Shown in pieces: positions 15,478 to 24,837 of a stretch of DNA of 25,363 bases (position 1 is its first letter; every line of letters starts with the position of its first letter). The translations under genes and the position numbers were made by a program. Below the pieces are notes generated by a model, which saw only the letters and a program-made list of their open reading frames with translations, searched no databases and had not been told where the DNA came from. Source of the stretch: a virus (taxonomy: Duplodnaviria > Caudoviricetes); the IMG/VR virus record IMGVR_UViG_3300032053_004498, positions 1-25,363 of that record. One strand, written 5' to 3'.

Positions 15478-17693
15478 CAGCGCCACCTTGGTTCTGTGTC
15501 AATGACGCCAGCGGTACCAGCCACGATGCCCTCATCGTTGGCGAGCGATGCCATCTCGATCACGTTGACTGTTGAGACAGGCGCCGTTGGCGTGGAGCCT
15601 GTACTAGTCGGTGCAGCGACGATGTAGTCAACGCCAGCTTGCAGCGCGAACGCCGTAGCGGAGTCGATGGTTACCGTCGTTGCACTGACAGCCGTTACGG
15701 TTCTGACGTTGTAGGTTGCGCCCGATATGTCGAAGACACGCACGGACATGCCCACGCTAAAATACTCGCCAGGCGAGGCGTATCCGTTGACCTCGGGGCC
15801 AGTCGTCGCCAGCGTCAAGACCGTTCCGACAAACGAGCCAATGACAGCAGCGGGGCAGACAAACAGTTGCTTGTCCAAGACCTGAAGGCCCAGCGTCATC
15901 CGTCCGGCGTCGTAGTCTGGACGTCGTGAGACCACGCGACAGTTGCTACCTGCAAGCGTGCCGCCTCGCATGTCTGGCAGATAGGCGTAGTCATTGATCA
16001 AAGTGCCAAGCGTGACGATGTCGCCAAGGTTGACCGACAACAACGACAGCGAAACATCAACCGACAAGCGACGGATGGCGTTGCCGCCGCCAGCGCCGCG
16101 CAAAAGTTTGGTGAGGTTAGACAACCGGAGCCCGATGGGCATGTCTGCTGGATGTTCAAAGGGGTCGGCATGAATGCGCCGCGCTTCAAGGCAGCCGATC
16201 GACTTGAACTCAAGGTTCAGCCGGTTGCTCATTCTCGGGTAACGCTTGGCCATGATGCCATCAACAAGATTCATCTCGGCCGTGTAGTCGCCAGAGATGG
16301 GGGAGTATCCCAGCTTGATAGTGGCGTAGGGGTAGACCGTGCCTTCGTCGGCCATCACCACGATCCGCGAGTCAGGCAGCAAGCTGTTGCCGTCAATCAA
16401 CGTCGACGACGTGCGTGACTTGCTTAGGTTGATCAGGCGCAGCACACCATCTGACGTCGTCACGACGGCGCAATTTGCCAAGATACAGAACTCCCTCAAG
16501 TAGTCGGACAGCTTGCTTTCCTTGTCGACAATCAGCGTCGACAGCGGAGACACAACCTGATCAAACGAACTCAAGTCCACATCGGTAACGTCGATCCCAG
16601 CGCCGATGCTCCATCCCGATTCCAACCGACCATCAGGCGTCGTTGATGGCAAACGACCCGGCAATTTGTCGTTGACGGTCGCGCCCTGTCCTTCGCGTGA
16701 CAACATGAGATACTTGAGCATCGTCGCGCCGCCCTCTTCAGAGACGAACGCAATCTGTCTTGCCGACGTGACGATGCGAAAGGAGAACCGTTGAGACCCA
16801 AAGAGCGTGTCGGCGTAGACCTTCAGCGTGCCAGTGATGGCGTCGTGTGATTCCACCTCATAGATGCCGACGCTACCGCCGTTGGACTCAAGCGCAACGT
16901 AAGCGGGGAACGCAACGGCGTTACGGATTGCGGTCTTGTTCTCACATTCAAAAGCATCGACACGACGATTGGAGACAATCGCCGACGACAGCCACTTCGC
17001 CGGGGTTGTTTGCAGTCCGAATCCAACCGGGCGTTCAAAGAACTCTTGAGCGATGCCCGCCAAACGGAGCGACCACTTGCGGTCTCCGTTGTGCATTGGC
17101 GATTCGTCAACGACGAACACGCCTAGCAATTGCTGCGACGTAGGTGTGTAGCCGTATAGGAAAACGCGTCGACCTTGCCACGACGGAGGGGAGACGTAGA
17201 CGGAGTCCCCATCTGTCAAATCGCCAGTGATAGCAGATGCCTTGGAATCGAACGCGCCACGGACACACGTTCCGAGCGTTGTGCCCACCACCGTGCCGAT
17301 GGTTACCGTTTCGGCCCCGATGTAGATTACCTGTCCAGGCGACAACGACGCGGCGTTGTAGACTGACAGGTTGGCTCCTATCGCCGTCGTCGCGCTTTTG
17401 ATCCATGTTGCCCTTCGCTTCACGACAGAGAACAACGATTGAATCGACAGGCTGTTGTCGTCGACAAGTTCAACGTCGAGCGTCGCCGCTACTTCACGAC
17501 GTTGATCCATATCAAGCACTGCGTCGCCTTGTTTCAGCGACGTGATGCACGCAATCTGCGTCCGGCCTGTCACTGTACTGAACGACGACGAAACCACGCG
17601 CTCCATAAACGCGACAGGGATGCCCTCGACAATCAGACCCAACGTCAGGTCTTTGTGTGCGCCAGATTGCGCGAGGTCATCATACAGCGTCAT
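15477..17693 (-). CDS. Tail hub/Tal-like baseplate protein
   Basis: 738 aa, two genes after the tape measure; SDGVLRLI and VNLGDIVTL...CRVVSRRPD motifs typical of hub proteins. Confidence 0.7.
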   Translation of the reverse strand: MTLYDDLAQSGAHKDLTLGLIVEGIPVAFMERVVSSSFSTVTGRTQIACITSLKQGDAVLDMDQRREVAATLDVELVDDNSLSIQSLFSVVKRRATWIKSATTAIGANLSVYNAASLSPGQVIYIGAETVTIGTVVGTTLGTCVRGAFDSKASAITGDLTDGDSVYVSPPSWQGRRVFLYGYTPTSQQLLGVFVVDESPMHNGDRKWSLRLAGIAQEFFERPVGFGLQTTPAKWLSSAIVSNRRVDAFECENKTAIRNAVAFPAYVALESNGGSVGIYEVESHDAITGTLKVYADTLFGSQRFSFRIVTSARQIAFVSEEGGATMLKYLMLSREGQGATVNDKLPGRLPSTTPDGRLESGWSIGAGIDVTDVDLSSFDQVVSPLSTLIVDKESKLSDYLREFCILANCAVVTTSDGVLRLINLSKSRTSSTLIDGNSLLPDSRIVVMADEGTVYPYATIKLGYSPISGDYTAEMNLVDGIMAKRYPRMSNRLNLEFKSIGCLEARRIHADPFEHPADMPIGLRLSNLTKLLRGAGGGNAIRRLSVDVSLSLLSVNLGDIVTLGTLINDYAYLPDMRGGTLAGSNCRVVSRRPDYDAGRMTLGLQVLDKQLFVCPAAVIGSFVGTVLTLATTGPEVNGYASPGEYFSVGMSVRVFDISGATYNVRTVTAVSATTVTIDSATAFALQAGVDYIVAAPTSTGSTPTAPVSTVNVIEMASLANDEGIVAGTAGVIDTEPRWR

Positions 17694-18514
17694 CAGACCA
17701 CCTCAGCGTGCATGATGAGGTCCAGAGAGTAGAGAGGCACGCCAGCCCCGATGGCTTGTGGCTCGTAGGTCGTCAGTGCGTCCTCACTGAAATGCACCAC
17801 GTCAACAAGCGTCGACGACGTGCGAGCCGCAAGCACGGTGCCCGACGAGATGGGCACATCATGCATCTCCAGGGAAGCGCCAGCGCCGAAGCGTTCAATA
17901 AAACCCTCAAGCGTGTCAGCAGCGAACGCCAGCGCATCAATGACGAACGTGCGCGACAGGTGGACGAACCCAAGCGACACACGCCAAGACTGCATACGGT
18001 CGCTCCTAGACACGCCAGAGACGCGACCGTTCGCCGCACGGGTCACACTGGCGACCCGCTCGGAGAACGGCTCCAGAATCGCGTAGGCGTCGTTTGACGC
18101 CCATGCCGCAGCACATGACCGCGTCGACACCTTGGGTGTCGCATCGTTGGCGGTACTGGCGACGATGCCGATCAGCGCCATGTCGAACGTCGTCGAGCCA
18201 TCGACGACAACGCCGAAGGTGTCCGTGCCAGTGGCACGCGTGATAGTGAGCAGCGTGTGCGACGTCGACGTGTCGAGGTTGGCGGCAACCGTAACCGTGT
18301 AGGTGTTGCCTGCCCCATATGCAGCAGACAGCGCCGTCGCCAGCACAGCGCAGAAGTCTGACGCGGTGCCGTCACCTCGGAGATAGTAGGCAGGCGTCAA
18401 CGTGGTGTTGATTGGCAGGTCCACGTTGACGGTTGCCAACGCCGCCTCTTTGAATCGCAAGCGCCGATTGGCGAGAGTCACAACGATGGCGCCAAGGAAA
18501 ACCGGATAGCTCAT
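17693..18514 (-). CDS. Distal tail (Dit-like) protein
   Basis: Directly after the tape measure; VTRAANGRVSGVSR...WRVSLGFV pattern. Confidence 0.6.
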   Translation of the reverse strand: MSYPVFLGAIVVTLANRRLRFKEAALATVNVDLPINTTLTPAYYLRGDGTASDFCAVLATALSAAYGAGNTYTVTVAANLDTSTSHTLLTITRATGTDTFGVVVDGSTTFDMALIGIVASTANDATPKVSTRSCAAAWASNDAYAILEPFSERVASVTRAANGRVSGVSRSDRMQSWRVSLGFVHLSRTFVIDALAFAADTLEGFIERFGAGASLEMHDVPISSGTVLAARTSSTLVDVVHFSEDALTTYEPQAIGAGVPLYSLDLIMHAEVV

Positions 18515-20019
18515 CGTCCACCACGTCGTCGGCCAGTGTTGACCGCTTTGGAGATTTCTCGCGCCGTGTCTTCAGGAAGAGGACCGCCGACACCATATGC
18601 CACATTGACGACGAGCGGGCCACCACCACCGTTGCCACCGCCACGGCCAGGGCTTGCGCCACGATCACGAGATGCGGACTTGTCTGTCGATGGTGCTTTT
18701 GCCGCGCTCGACACCATCGACGCTGCAACCTCAGCGCCACCGACGGCGATGGCTTGTCCAGCGGCAATCAAAGCAAGACCGCCAGCAAGCGGGACGGCGC
18801 CCGCCGGGTTGCCGGTGAAAAGTTGCGCCAGTCCCGTTGCAGCCGACTCGGCACCCTTCAGCGTGATGAGGTCGCCAGCCTGTTGTGCCAGACCTTGAAG
18901 CAATATTGCGCCAGCGTCCTCCTGTCCCTTGGCAGCAGCCGCAGCAGATTGAGCGATGACCGATGACGTCTTCATCAGTTGGCCGGTGACGAATGCGGCC
19001 TGAGAGTCAGCGACGCTTTGTTTCTTGCTCGCCTCATCTTCCGCGATCTTCACGCGCTCTTCTGCTTGACGTCGCTCTTCCTCGGTCGCTTCCTTGTCCA
19101 TGCGTGCTTGCTCTTCACGCGCATTGGCTTCGTTCTTCAGTCGATGCGCTATGGCTTCATCTCGCATCTTGGTCACAAACATTATGTTCTGTTCTGCGAC
19201 TGTGCTTTCTTCCATTGCCTCATGCTTGACGACGGTAGGGCCGATCTTCTTTGCAGGCAGGTTAGCCGTCGCTGCCTTGCCTTGTTCAAGGTTCTGTTTC
19301 TGCTGTAGAAGAGTGACCGTCTTCTCAAGGATCTTTCGCTGTTGCTCGTACCGTTCTCTCTCGTCAAAATACTCTTGACTGCTACTGATTTTCATCGCGT
19401 TGCGGGCTTTGATAACTTCGTCGACTTGCGCATTGACGGCGTCAATCTCCATCTGCACACGCGCCGCCGCTTGCTTGACCGTCTCAGGCCCAGCGGCATC
19501 GCGACGTAGTGCAGCTACATCGCGCTCGGCTTTCTGCATCTGCCCCGCAGCAGCTTCAACGGGGCCATATGTTTTTGCGATGAGTTCGTCTTGTTCGCGG
19601 TTGAGTGTTGCGAGGTGAGAACTAAATGCGTCGACGGCAGCAAGGCCAGCGACAAGTGCAAGCGCAAAAGGACCGCCAGCGCCGAACGCCGCAGCCATCT
19701 GGCCAGCGCCCGCAACCATCTTGCCGACTTGTCCTCCCATGCCCTCCATCGACGACGACACCAGCGAGATGGCGGCAGCTTGCTTGCTTAGGTTTTCGGC
19801 ACTCTTGCCGATGCGTTGGCGCAGCGTCTCGGTAGACGTCGCCGTCGTCGTCGCTACCTTGCCTTGCTCCTTCAGCGCCGCCGTGGCTTTGTTGGTCTCC
19901 GTCGCCAACTTCTGCTCATTGCCAACAAGAGACACCGCCGCTTTGTCGACCTTTGCCAACTCGCTGTTGGCTTGCGTCGCATCGGCGGTGATCGTGTATT
20001 TGACTTGTTGGTCGCTCAT
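18511..20019 (-). CDS. Tail tape measure protein (short, 502 aa)
   Basis: N-terminal VKYTITADATQA, Ala/Gly-rich hydrophobic stretches, long coiled coils, C-terminal VVNV...AREISKAV; follows the frameshifted chaperones. Confidence 0.8.
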   Translation of the reverse strand: MSDQQVKYTITADATQANSELAKVDKAAVSLVGNEQKLATETNKATAALKEQGKVATTTATSTETLRQRIGKSAENLSKQAAAISLVSSSMEGMGGQVGKMVAGAGQMAAAFGAGGPFALALVAGLAAVDAFSSHLATLNREQDELIAKTYGPVEAAAGQMQKAERDVAALRRDAAGPETVKQAAARVQMEIDAVNAQVDEVIKARNAMKISSSQEYFDERERYEQQRKILEKTVTLLQQKQNLEQGKAATANLPAKKIGPTVVKHEAMEESTVAEQNIMFVTKMRDEAIAHRLKNEANAREEQARMDKEATEEERRQAEERVKIAEDEASKKQSVADSQAAFVTGQLMKTSSVIAQSAAAAAKGQEDAGAILLQGLAQQAGDLITLKGAESAATGLAQLFTGNPAGAVPLAGGLALIAAGQAIAVGGAEVAASMVSSAAKAPSTDKSASRDRGASPGRGGGNGGGGPLVVNVAYGVGGPLPEDTAREISKAVNTGRRRGGR

Positions 20020-20351
20020 CGGTGCCTCTTCTCAATCTCAGCCGTGCGCGCAGCACGTCCACTGGCGATAATCTCAAAGGCGTCGATGGTGTGTGGCGAC
20101 AACGACGACAACGCGGCCACGCCGGGGTTGCCTTCGCATGAGCGCCACAGCGACAAGGTGCCGACGACGTCGCTGTTGTTCAGCAGGTGACGTCGTGGAC
20201 AAGTGTCGCTCGCATATTCTGTCCCGACAAACGACGTCATGCGCCCGCCTCCGTGACATCCGAGTAGGTCGCGCCGTGGAGCGGGACATCGACGACAGTC
20301 AAACTCCGTCAGGTCAACGGCTGTAGCCGCCCACAGCGCAACGCTTTTCCC
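20016..20351 (-). CDS. Tail assembly chaperone gpT-like segment, expressed via -1 frameshift (fusion 20950-20016)
   Basis: The -1 frame is open from the slippery site to the stop that overlaps the tape measure ATG. Confidence 0.8.
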   Translation of the reverse strand, partial: GKSVALWAATAVDLTEFDCRRCPAPRRDLLGCHGGGRMTSFVGTEYASDTCPRRHLLNNSDVVGTLSLWRSCEGNPGVAALSSLSPHTIDAFEIIASGRAARTAEIEKRHR

Positions 20352-20950
20352 GGAGGCAACTCCAAGAAGTAGCGCACAGCGTCGTGGAATGGCACCAGCA
20401 GACCGGCCAGTCGCAAGCCGGGCAGAGACTCGGCCAGCGTCGAGCGCATACCTTGCAAGCCCGTCACGCTCGCCAGGCACACGGTGATCATTTCCTCGTA
20501 GAGCAGACACAGCCGCTCGTCGGCGTCTCGCTTGCCTTCGTCGTCGGCAGCGTCTCGCCAAGCACGCCAGGCAGAAGCACGCCGCGCTACCCACCCGCGC
20601 CGTTGCGCGTCAGAGCACATGCGAAGGGTGACCGACACGCCGTCGAGGTCTTCGCTGTCGACGTACTCGCCGGGGTCGGCCAGCGTGTAGCCGGAGACAA
20701 GGCCCGCGATGGCACGGGCCGATGTCCCAACAGCCGACGTGTCACGCGCTACGATGGCCGCAGACAGCGTTGTGTCGGCAGATGCGACCGCTCGCCAGTC
20801 CGTCGAGTCATCAAGCGGCACGTTCGACTTGGTGCGTGCGGCAATCTCGGCAACGACAGCCGCACGGGAGGCGTCGTGTGCTTCCCGAAGGATTGCCTGC
20901 AACGACACCGGCTCGCCAACGTCGCCAGGGTAGAGAAGCAGCGCGGCCAT
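20309..20950 (-). CDS. Tail assembly chaperone (gpG-like)
   Basis: Position between tail tube and tape measure; slippery site near the 3' end. Confidence 0.8.
   Translation of the reverse strand: MAALLLYPGDVGEPVSLQAILREAHDASRAAVVAEIAARTKSNVPLDDSTDWRAVASADTTLSAAIVARDTSAVGTSARAIAGLVSGYTLADPGEYVDSEDLDGVSVTLRMCSDAQRRGWVARRASAWRAWRDAADDEGKRDADERLCLLYEEMITVCLASVTGLQGMRSTLAESLPGLRLAGLLVPFHDAVRYFLELPPGKALRCGRLQPLT
20345..20351 (-). other. Programmed -1 ribosomal frameshift site G GGA AAA
   Basis: CCG GGA AAA in frame is a canonical X XXY YYZ heptamer at the expected position between tail tube and tape measure. Confidence 0.85.
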
Positions 20951-22188
20951 CAGCCCACCGCCAACACGGCAGGGAGTGCGCCGGTACCGACAGCGGTGAA
21001 CTTCATCCGTGACAGACCGTTGACGACGGCTGTCGACGCGACGAAATCAGCCGTCGGCAGCAAGGCGTACATGATGGCGCCAACGTCTGAGCCGACAAGC
21101 AAGGCGACTTCACGCACCGTCGAGACGGCGCCCGCGTTGACGTCGGACCCAAGGAGCGGGACCATCGCGGCGTCCGTGAGCTCACCCGTCAGGGCAGGCG
21201 ACGTCGCACCGATCAGGACTTCGCCTTCGATGGTAAACGACTTGCCATCGCCAGCACCGCACACACCGCCCAAGCGACCGTTGCCGCCGATGGTGTCGAC
21301 GTCGCGGATCTGCGTTGCGTTGCTGTAGTTGATGGAGATGTTGCTGGCGAAGTATTCCACGCCGTCGATGAGCAAGCGCACACGGTCGGCGACGATGGGT
21401 GAGCCAGCCGTCGGCTCGGCATGGGCCGGGTCCGCCTCGGCAACGTCAGCCCATGAGGTCGGAGAAAACACCGAAGACATGCCGACGATCTGCCCACTGG
21501 CGAGCGACAGCGCCATGCTCATTGGAGCACAACCGAAATAGTCACGACGCCATGACTCGCCCTCGCCAGTCAGGAACGCGTGGACGTGATGCGTCACGCT
21601 ATCGGCCACCGTGTAGACGGCCATCCGAAAGACCGTTGCTGCCGTCGTCGGGGTGCCGGTGTAGGGGTGTTGCAGTGTGACCGTCGTCGTCGCCCCGCCG
21701 CCGCCAGATTCGACACGACCCATCTGAATGCCCGTCGTTGACGCGAACGCAATCACAGCGCCGTTCTGCACGTTTGCCGCCGCCGTGAACGCGACGATTC
21801 CCGATGCCGGAGTGTGACCCGCCGCCGCGATGGTGGGAGCAACGCCAACAGTTGCAGGCGCAACTGCGCCGAACATCGACTGCAACAGCAGCCCTTGTTC
21901 CATCTTCGCTTCCCATGCCGCGACAGCCGCGCCGCTGTTGCTGTCGACGCCGCGAAACTCCGTCGCCAGCGTGATGTCCGCAACGTCCTGAGCACCGCGT
22001 GCATGGGTGTACCGGCGTCCGCCCTGTGACCGCAGATTGCGAGCAAGTGCCACGCGATTGCGTGGGTACAAGCCCGCAACGTCGTCAGTGCAGCGCAACG
22101 GAAACAACGTGCCGGGGGTGCCCGTGAACGTCGATGAGTCAGAGTGCAGAGCGTGGCGGACTGTCAGCAGGCGGGATACGTCGGTCAT
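20950..22188 (-). CDS. Major tail (tube) protein with inserted beta domain
   Basis: 412 aa; LLQSMFG, DYFGCAPMSMALS and SNISINYSN tube-like motifs; precedes the chaperones. Confidence 0.75.
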   Translation of the reverse strand: MTDVSRLLTVRHALHSDSSTFTGTPGTLFPLRCTDDVAGLYPRNRVALARNLRSQGGRRYTHARGAQDVADITLATEFRGVDSNSGAAVAAWEAKMEQGLLLQSMFGAVAPATVGVAPTIAAAGHTPASGIVAFTAAANVQNGAVIAFASTTGIQMGRVESGGGGATTTVTLQHPYTGTPTTAATVFRMAVYTVADSVTHHVHAFLTGEGESWRRDYFGCAPMSMALSLASGQIVGMSSVFSPTSWADVAEADPAHAEPTAGSPIVADRVRLLIDGVEYFASNISINYSNATQIRDVDTIGGNGRLGGVCGAGDGKSFTIEGEVLIGATSPALTGELTDAAMVPLLGSDVNAGAVSTVREVALLVGSDVGAIMYALLPTADFVASTAVVNGLSRMKFTAVGTGALPAVLAVG

Positions 22189-22637
22189 TGGCGATACCTC
22201 ACAGAGAGAGAGATGCGGAGGCGTCGAGCGCCAGTGATTTGCTCGACGACGAACGGGGCTAGCGTGTTGTCCAGAGTAGCGATGCGTTCAATCGTCGACG
22301 TCGGTCGAGCCCAGTTGGCTCCGTCGAGCAGCGCATAAATGATGCGCGTGGCGTCGTCGACGACAGCTAGGTCAATCTCCGAGGTGTAGGCGACGTCATC
22401 GGGGTACTCGACGACAAGGTCGCACATGACACGCCAACGAGAGGCAAGCGGTTGCGTCACGTCTTCAGGCGCGCCCGACGTGGTGCGAATCCAAAAGCGC
22501 CGCGATGACCCGACGGCGGCAAGGTCGGAACCCGTGGGGTCTTCCTTGAACGACGGCGCCAGCCCACGCGTGCGCACAACAGGCGCCACGCCCTTGATGA
22601 TCGAGACCACTTGGGCACGCGCCAGCGCCCAAGTCAT
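22185..22637 (-). CDS. Putative tail completion/terminator protein
   Basis: 150 aa directly before the tail tube gene; alpha/beta pattern ending LRISLSVRY. Confidence 0.6.
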   Translation of the reverse strand: MTWALARAQVVSIIKGVAPVVRTRGLAPSFKEDPTGSDLAAVGSSRRFWIRTTSGAPEDVTQPLASRWRVMCDLVVEYPDDVAYTSEIDLAVVDDATRIIYALLDGANWARPTSTIERIATLDNTLAPFVVEQITGARRLRISLSVRYRQ

Positions 22638-23542
22638 CGCGTCACCATGATCTTCTGCTTGGGCTCGTTGCCGGGTGACGGAGGGTCCGGCGTCGCTTCA
22701 AGCTGTGACCGGATGGCGAGGTCAACGCGGTCTTTCGTCGTGGCCTTCGTTTGCTCGTAGGCCGCTTCAAGACGTTCGACGTAGGCCACATCGGCAGCGG
22801 GCCACTGGCGAGCGAGATGCAGCACGACAGCCGCAGCGTGGACAGGAATGAGCACGTCATCGGTGATGACGTCTTCATCGAGGATGCCAGTTGCTGCCAG
22901 CCACGGCTGCACCATCGCAAGCCACGCCGCGCCAATCGACTCTTCCAGCGTGGTGTCTGTCGACGACGCCAGCCGACGCACGACAGGGTAAAGGTGTTGC
23001 AACGTCGTCGTCGTCAACGCGATTGACGTGATGCGCCGGACAACGCGAAACGCCTCGTCCCATTCCGTCAAGATGCCGTCGACGGTAGCCCTGAAGAGCA
23101 CATAACCGGGGCCAGGCTCGGATGTCTGCGCCGCCGTCAACGCGACGGAGACCTCGAGACCTCGAACCGCGCTTCCGTTAGCGACGTCCGCAAGCAACGG
23201 TTCTGCAAGCCACATCTCCGTCGACGTGCCGGTTCTTGTCGCCTCGACAGTCAGCACGCGCCCATGCGTTGCATCGGTGATCAGATACCGTCGACCGGCG
23301 ACAATGGCGACGGCGCCCGCCAACGTGATCGATTCGTCACCCTCTTGATGTGCGCCCTGTGTCGTCGTCGACAGCGCATCAATGGATGCCGCAACGTAGG
23401 CCGTCTCAGGGTCGCGAGAGACCTGCCCCACACGTCGAGCCGTCGCCGACGTAGGCACGCCAGACAGGCGCATCACGTCGTCTCTCAGGACACGCGGATA
23501 GGACACTACCGATTGTGTTGTGCCCAGCAGGATGCGTTGCAT
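22634..23542 (-). CDS. Putative head-tail adaptor with N-terminal beta extension
   Basis: C-terminal ~130 aa helical adaptor-like region (AAAVVLHLA...YVERLEAAYEQ); N-terminal beta domains; synteny. Confidence 0.55.
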   Translation of the reverse strand: MQRILLGTTQSVVSYPRVLRDDVMRLSGVPTSATARRVGQVSRDPETAYVAASIDALSTTTQGAHQEGDESITLAGAVAIVAGRRYLITDATHGRVLTVEATRTGTSTEMWLAEPLLADVANGSAVRGLEVSVALTAAQTSEPGPGYVLFRATVDGILTEWDEAFRVVRRITSIALTTTTLQHLYPVVRRLASSTDTTLEESIGAAWLAMVQPWLAATGILDEDVITDDVLIPVHAAAVVLHLARQWPAADVAYVERLEAAYEQTKATTKDRVDLAIRSQLEATPDPPSPGNEPKQKIMVTR

Positions 23543-23578
23543 AGCGGCTTATGTAACACGCCGCTAACGGCCACGCAA
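23537..23578 (-). promoter_or_regulatory. Second copy of the palindromic operator and putative leaderless promoter
   Basis: TTGCATAG-CGGC-TTATGTAA at 23537-23556. On the - strand: TTGCGT, 17 bp, TACATA (TG extended), 7 bp, ATG, with no SD. Confidence 0.55.
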
Positions 23579-24070
23579 CGGGATGGCGATTCCGGCATCT
23601 AGTAGTTGACGCATCAGGCTAGCCATGTCTTTGGGGGACAGCGCCAGCCACGGACGGGCAGGCATTTGCCCGCGCCCGTAGTGATGGATTGCGCCAAGCA
23701 CACTATGCGTTGGGCTTCGCTTGCCCGTTCGTTTTGCGACACCGTCGACGAATCGGGTAGCGGCGGACGTACCAGCACCGGGCGCAATCACGATGGTGAA
23801 CCCCTGTTCCGTGACGACGACGGAGACAGCAGCGACGCTACCCAACAGGCCGTTGGTGACAGTGAGATTGACGCCGGGATTGCGGCCCGCGCTTGTCTTC
23901 GCCAGCAAGTAGTCTCGACTGTAGGGCGGCTTGAAGGGCCGGTCCTTGACGTCGAGGCCTTCGCCCGTGCGCTCCCGAATCAGGCCAGGCGCCAGCGTCG
24001 CAACGAGCTTGGCGATGCGCTCCAATGGCACGCGTGGAGGACCACCAGAGCGGGTGACAACGATGCTCAT
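23564..24070 (-). CDS. Phage virion morphogenesis protein (Mu gpG-like)
   Basis: NLTVTNGLLGSV and GAIHHYGRGQMPARPWLALS family motifs. Confidence 0.8.
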   Translation of the reverse strand: MSIVVTRSGGPPRVPLERIAKLVATLAPGLIRERTGEGLDVKDRPFKPPYSRDYLLAKTSAGRNPGVNLTVTNGLLGSVAAVSVVVTEQGFTIVIAPGAGTSAATRFVDGVAKRTGKRSPTHSVLGAIHHYGRGQMPARPWLALSPKDMASLMRQLLDAGIAIPLRGR

Positions 24071-24837
24071 TCCAGGATCTCGATCCCGCGTCGTCGCGCT
24101 TCCGCCATCGTCATCGGAGACCAGACGTGCCGACAGTTGTAGCCGCCCGCGAACGCATCGACAGGCAGACCTTGTCCGTTGTCGGCTTGCGCTATGCCGG
24201 ATTCCGTAAGCGCCTTGCCAACGTGGACACGACAGAATGGCCGATTGCGCGAGTCTTCGGGACCGCTGTAGAGGTAGACCAAATCAACGAGCCCATCGGC
24301 AGCTTCGGTCGCCGCACGGATGACAGCCGTCCTACCGGCAGCCATGACACTGGCATCAACGGCGGCTTGAGCCTTGGTGACAGTGGCGCCGATTTTCTCG
24401 GCCACGCCTTCGATGAGGTCAGACAGACTTGCGCTTGTCGTCGTGCCTAACGCGATGGCCTTGCGGATTGTCGACGACGCATCGCCAAACACATCGGCAA
24501 TGTCGGCTGTCTGCGATTTGACGATGGCGTCGATCTCCGTCACGACAGACACAGGCAGGTCAACACCGCCCAATGCCGCTAGGGCGGATTCAATCGCCCT
24601 GTCACGCAACACGCCAGTGATGGCCTTCAGCCCCTTGGCTTTCATCGTCGCGTCAATCTGAGAGGCAACCTGTGCAGCCACACGGCCCTGTTGTTTGACG
24701 AGCGTGTCTTCGCCGGGGGCGGTGTCGAGTTTCGCCAACGCCTTGCGGATCTCACGGTCGAGTTGCTTGCGGATGATCTCAAGGTCAGCCACCGCGTCGT
24801 CGGCGATGGCTCCCGTCGGGTCTTTCTTTGGCGCCAT
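24067..24837 (-). CDS. Minor head protein (MuF/SPP1 gp7-like)
   Basis: C-terminal YSGPEDSRNRPFC...GGYNCRHVW motif; follows the portal. Confidence 0.8.
   Translation of the reverse strand: MAPKKDPTGAIADDAVADLEIIRKQLDREIRKALAKLDTAPGEDTLVKQQGRVAAQVASQIDATMKAKGLKAITGVLRDRAIESALAALGGVDLPVSVVTEIDAIVKSQTADIADVFGDASSTIRKAIALGTTTSASLSDLIEGVAEKIGATVTKAQAAVDASVMAAGRTAVIRAATEAADGLVDLVYLYSGPEDSRNRPFCRVHVGKALTESGIAQADNGQGLPVDAFAGGYNCRHVWSPMTMAEARRRGIEILE

Noticed and set aside
20384-21328. Long + strand ORFs opposite the late genes (also 9643-10383, 11603-12223, 24691-25350 and others)
   Set aside because: Antisense shadows of well-supported - strand genes in GC-rich DNA; no RBS, motifs or coupling.
23542-23566. 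Inverted repeat TAGCGGC...GCCGCTA as a terminator
   Set aside because: No U-tract and it overlaps a start and a stop codon; better explained as part of the operator/promoter region.
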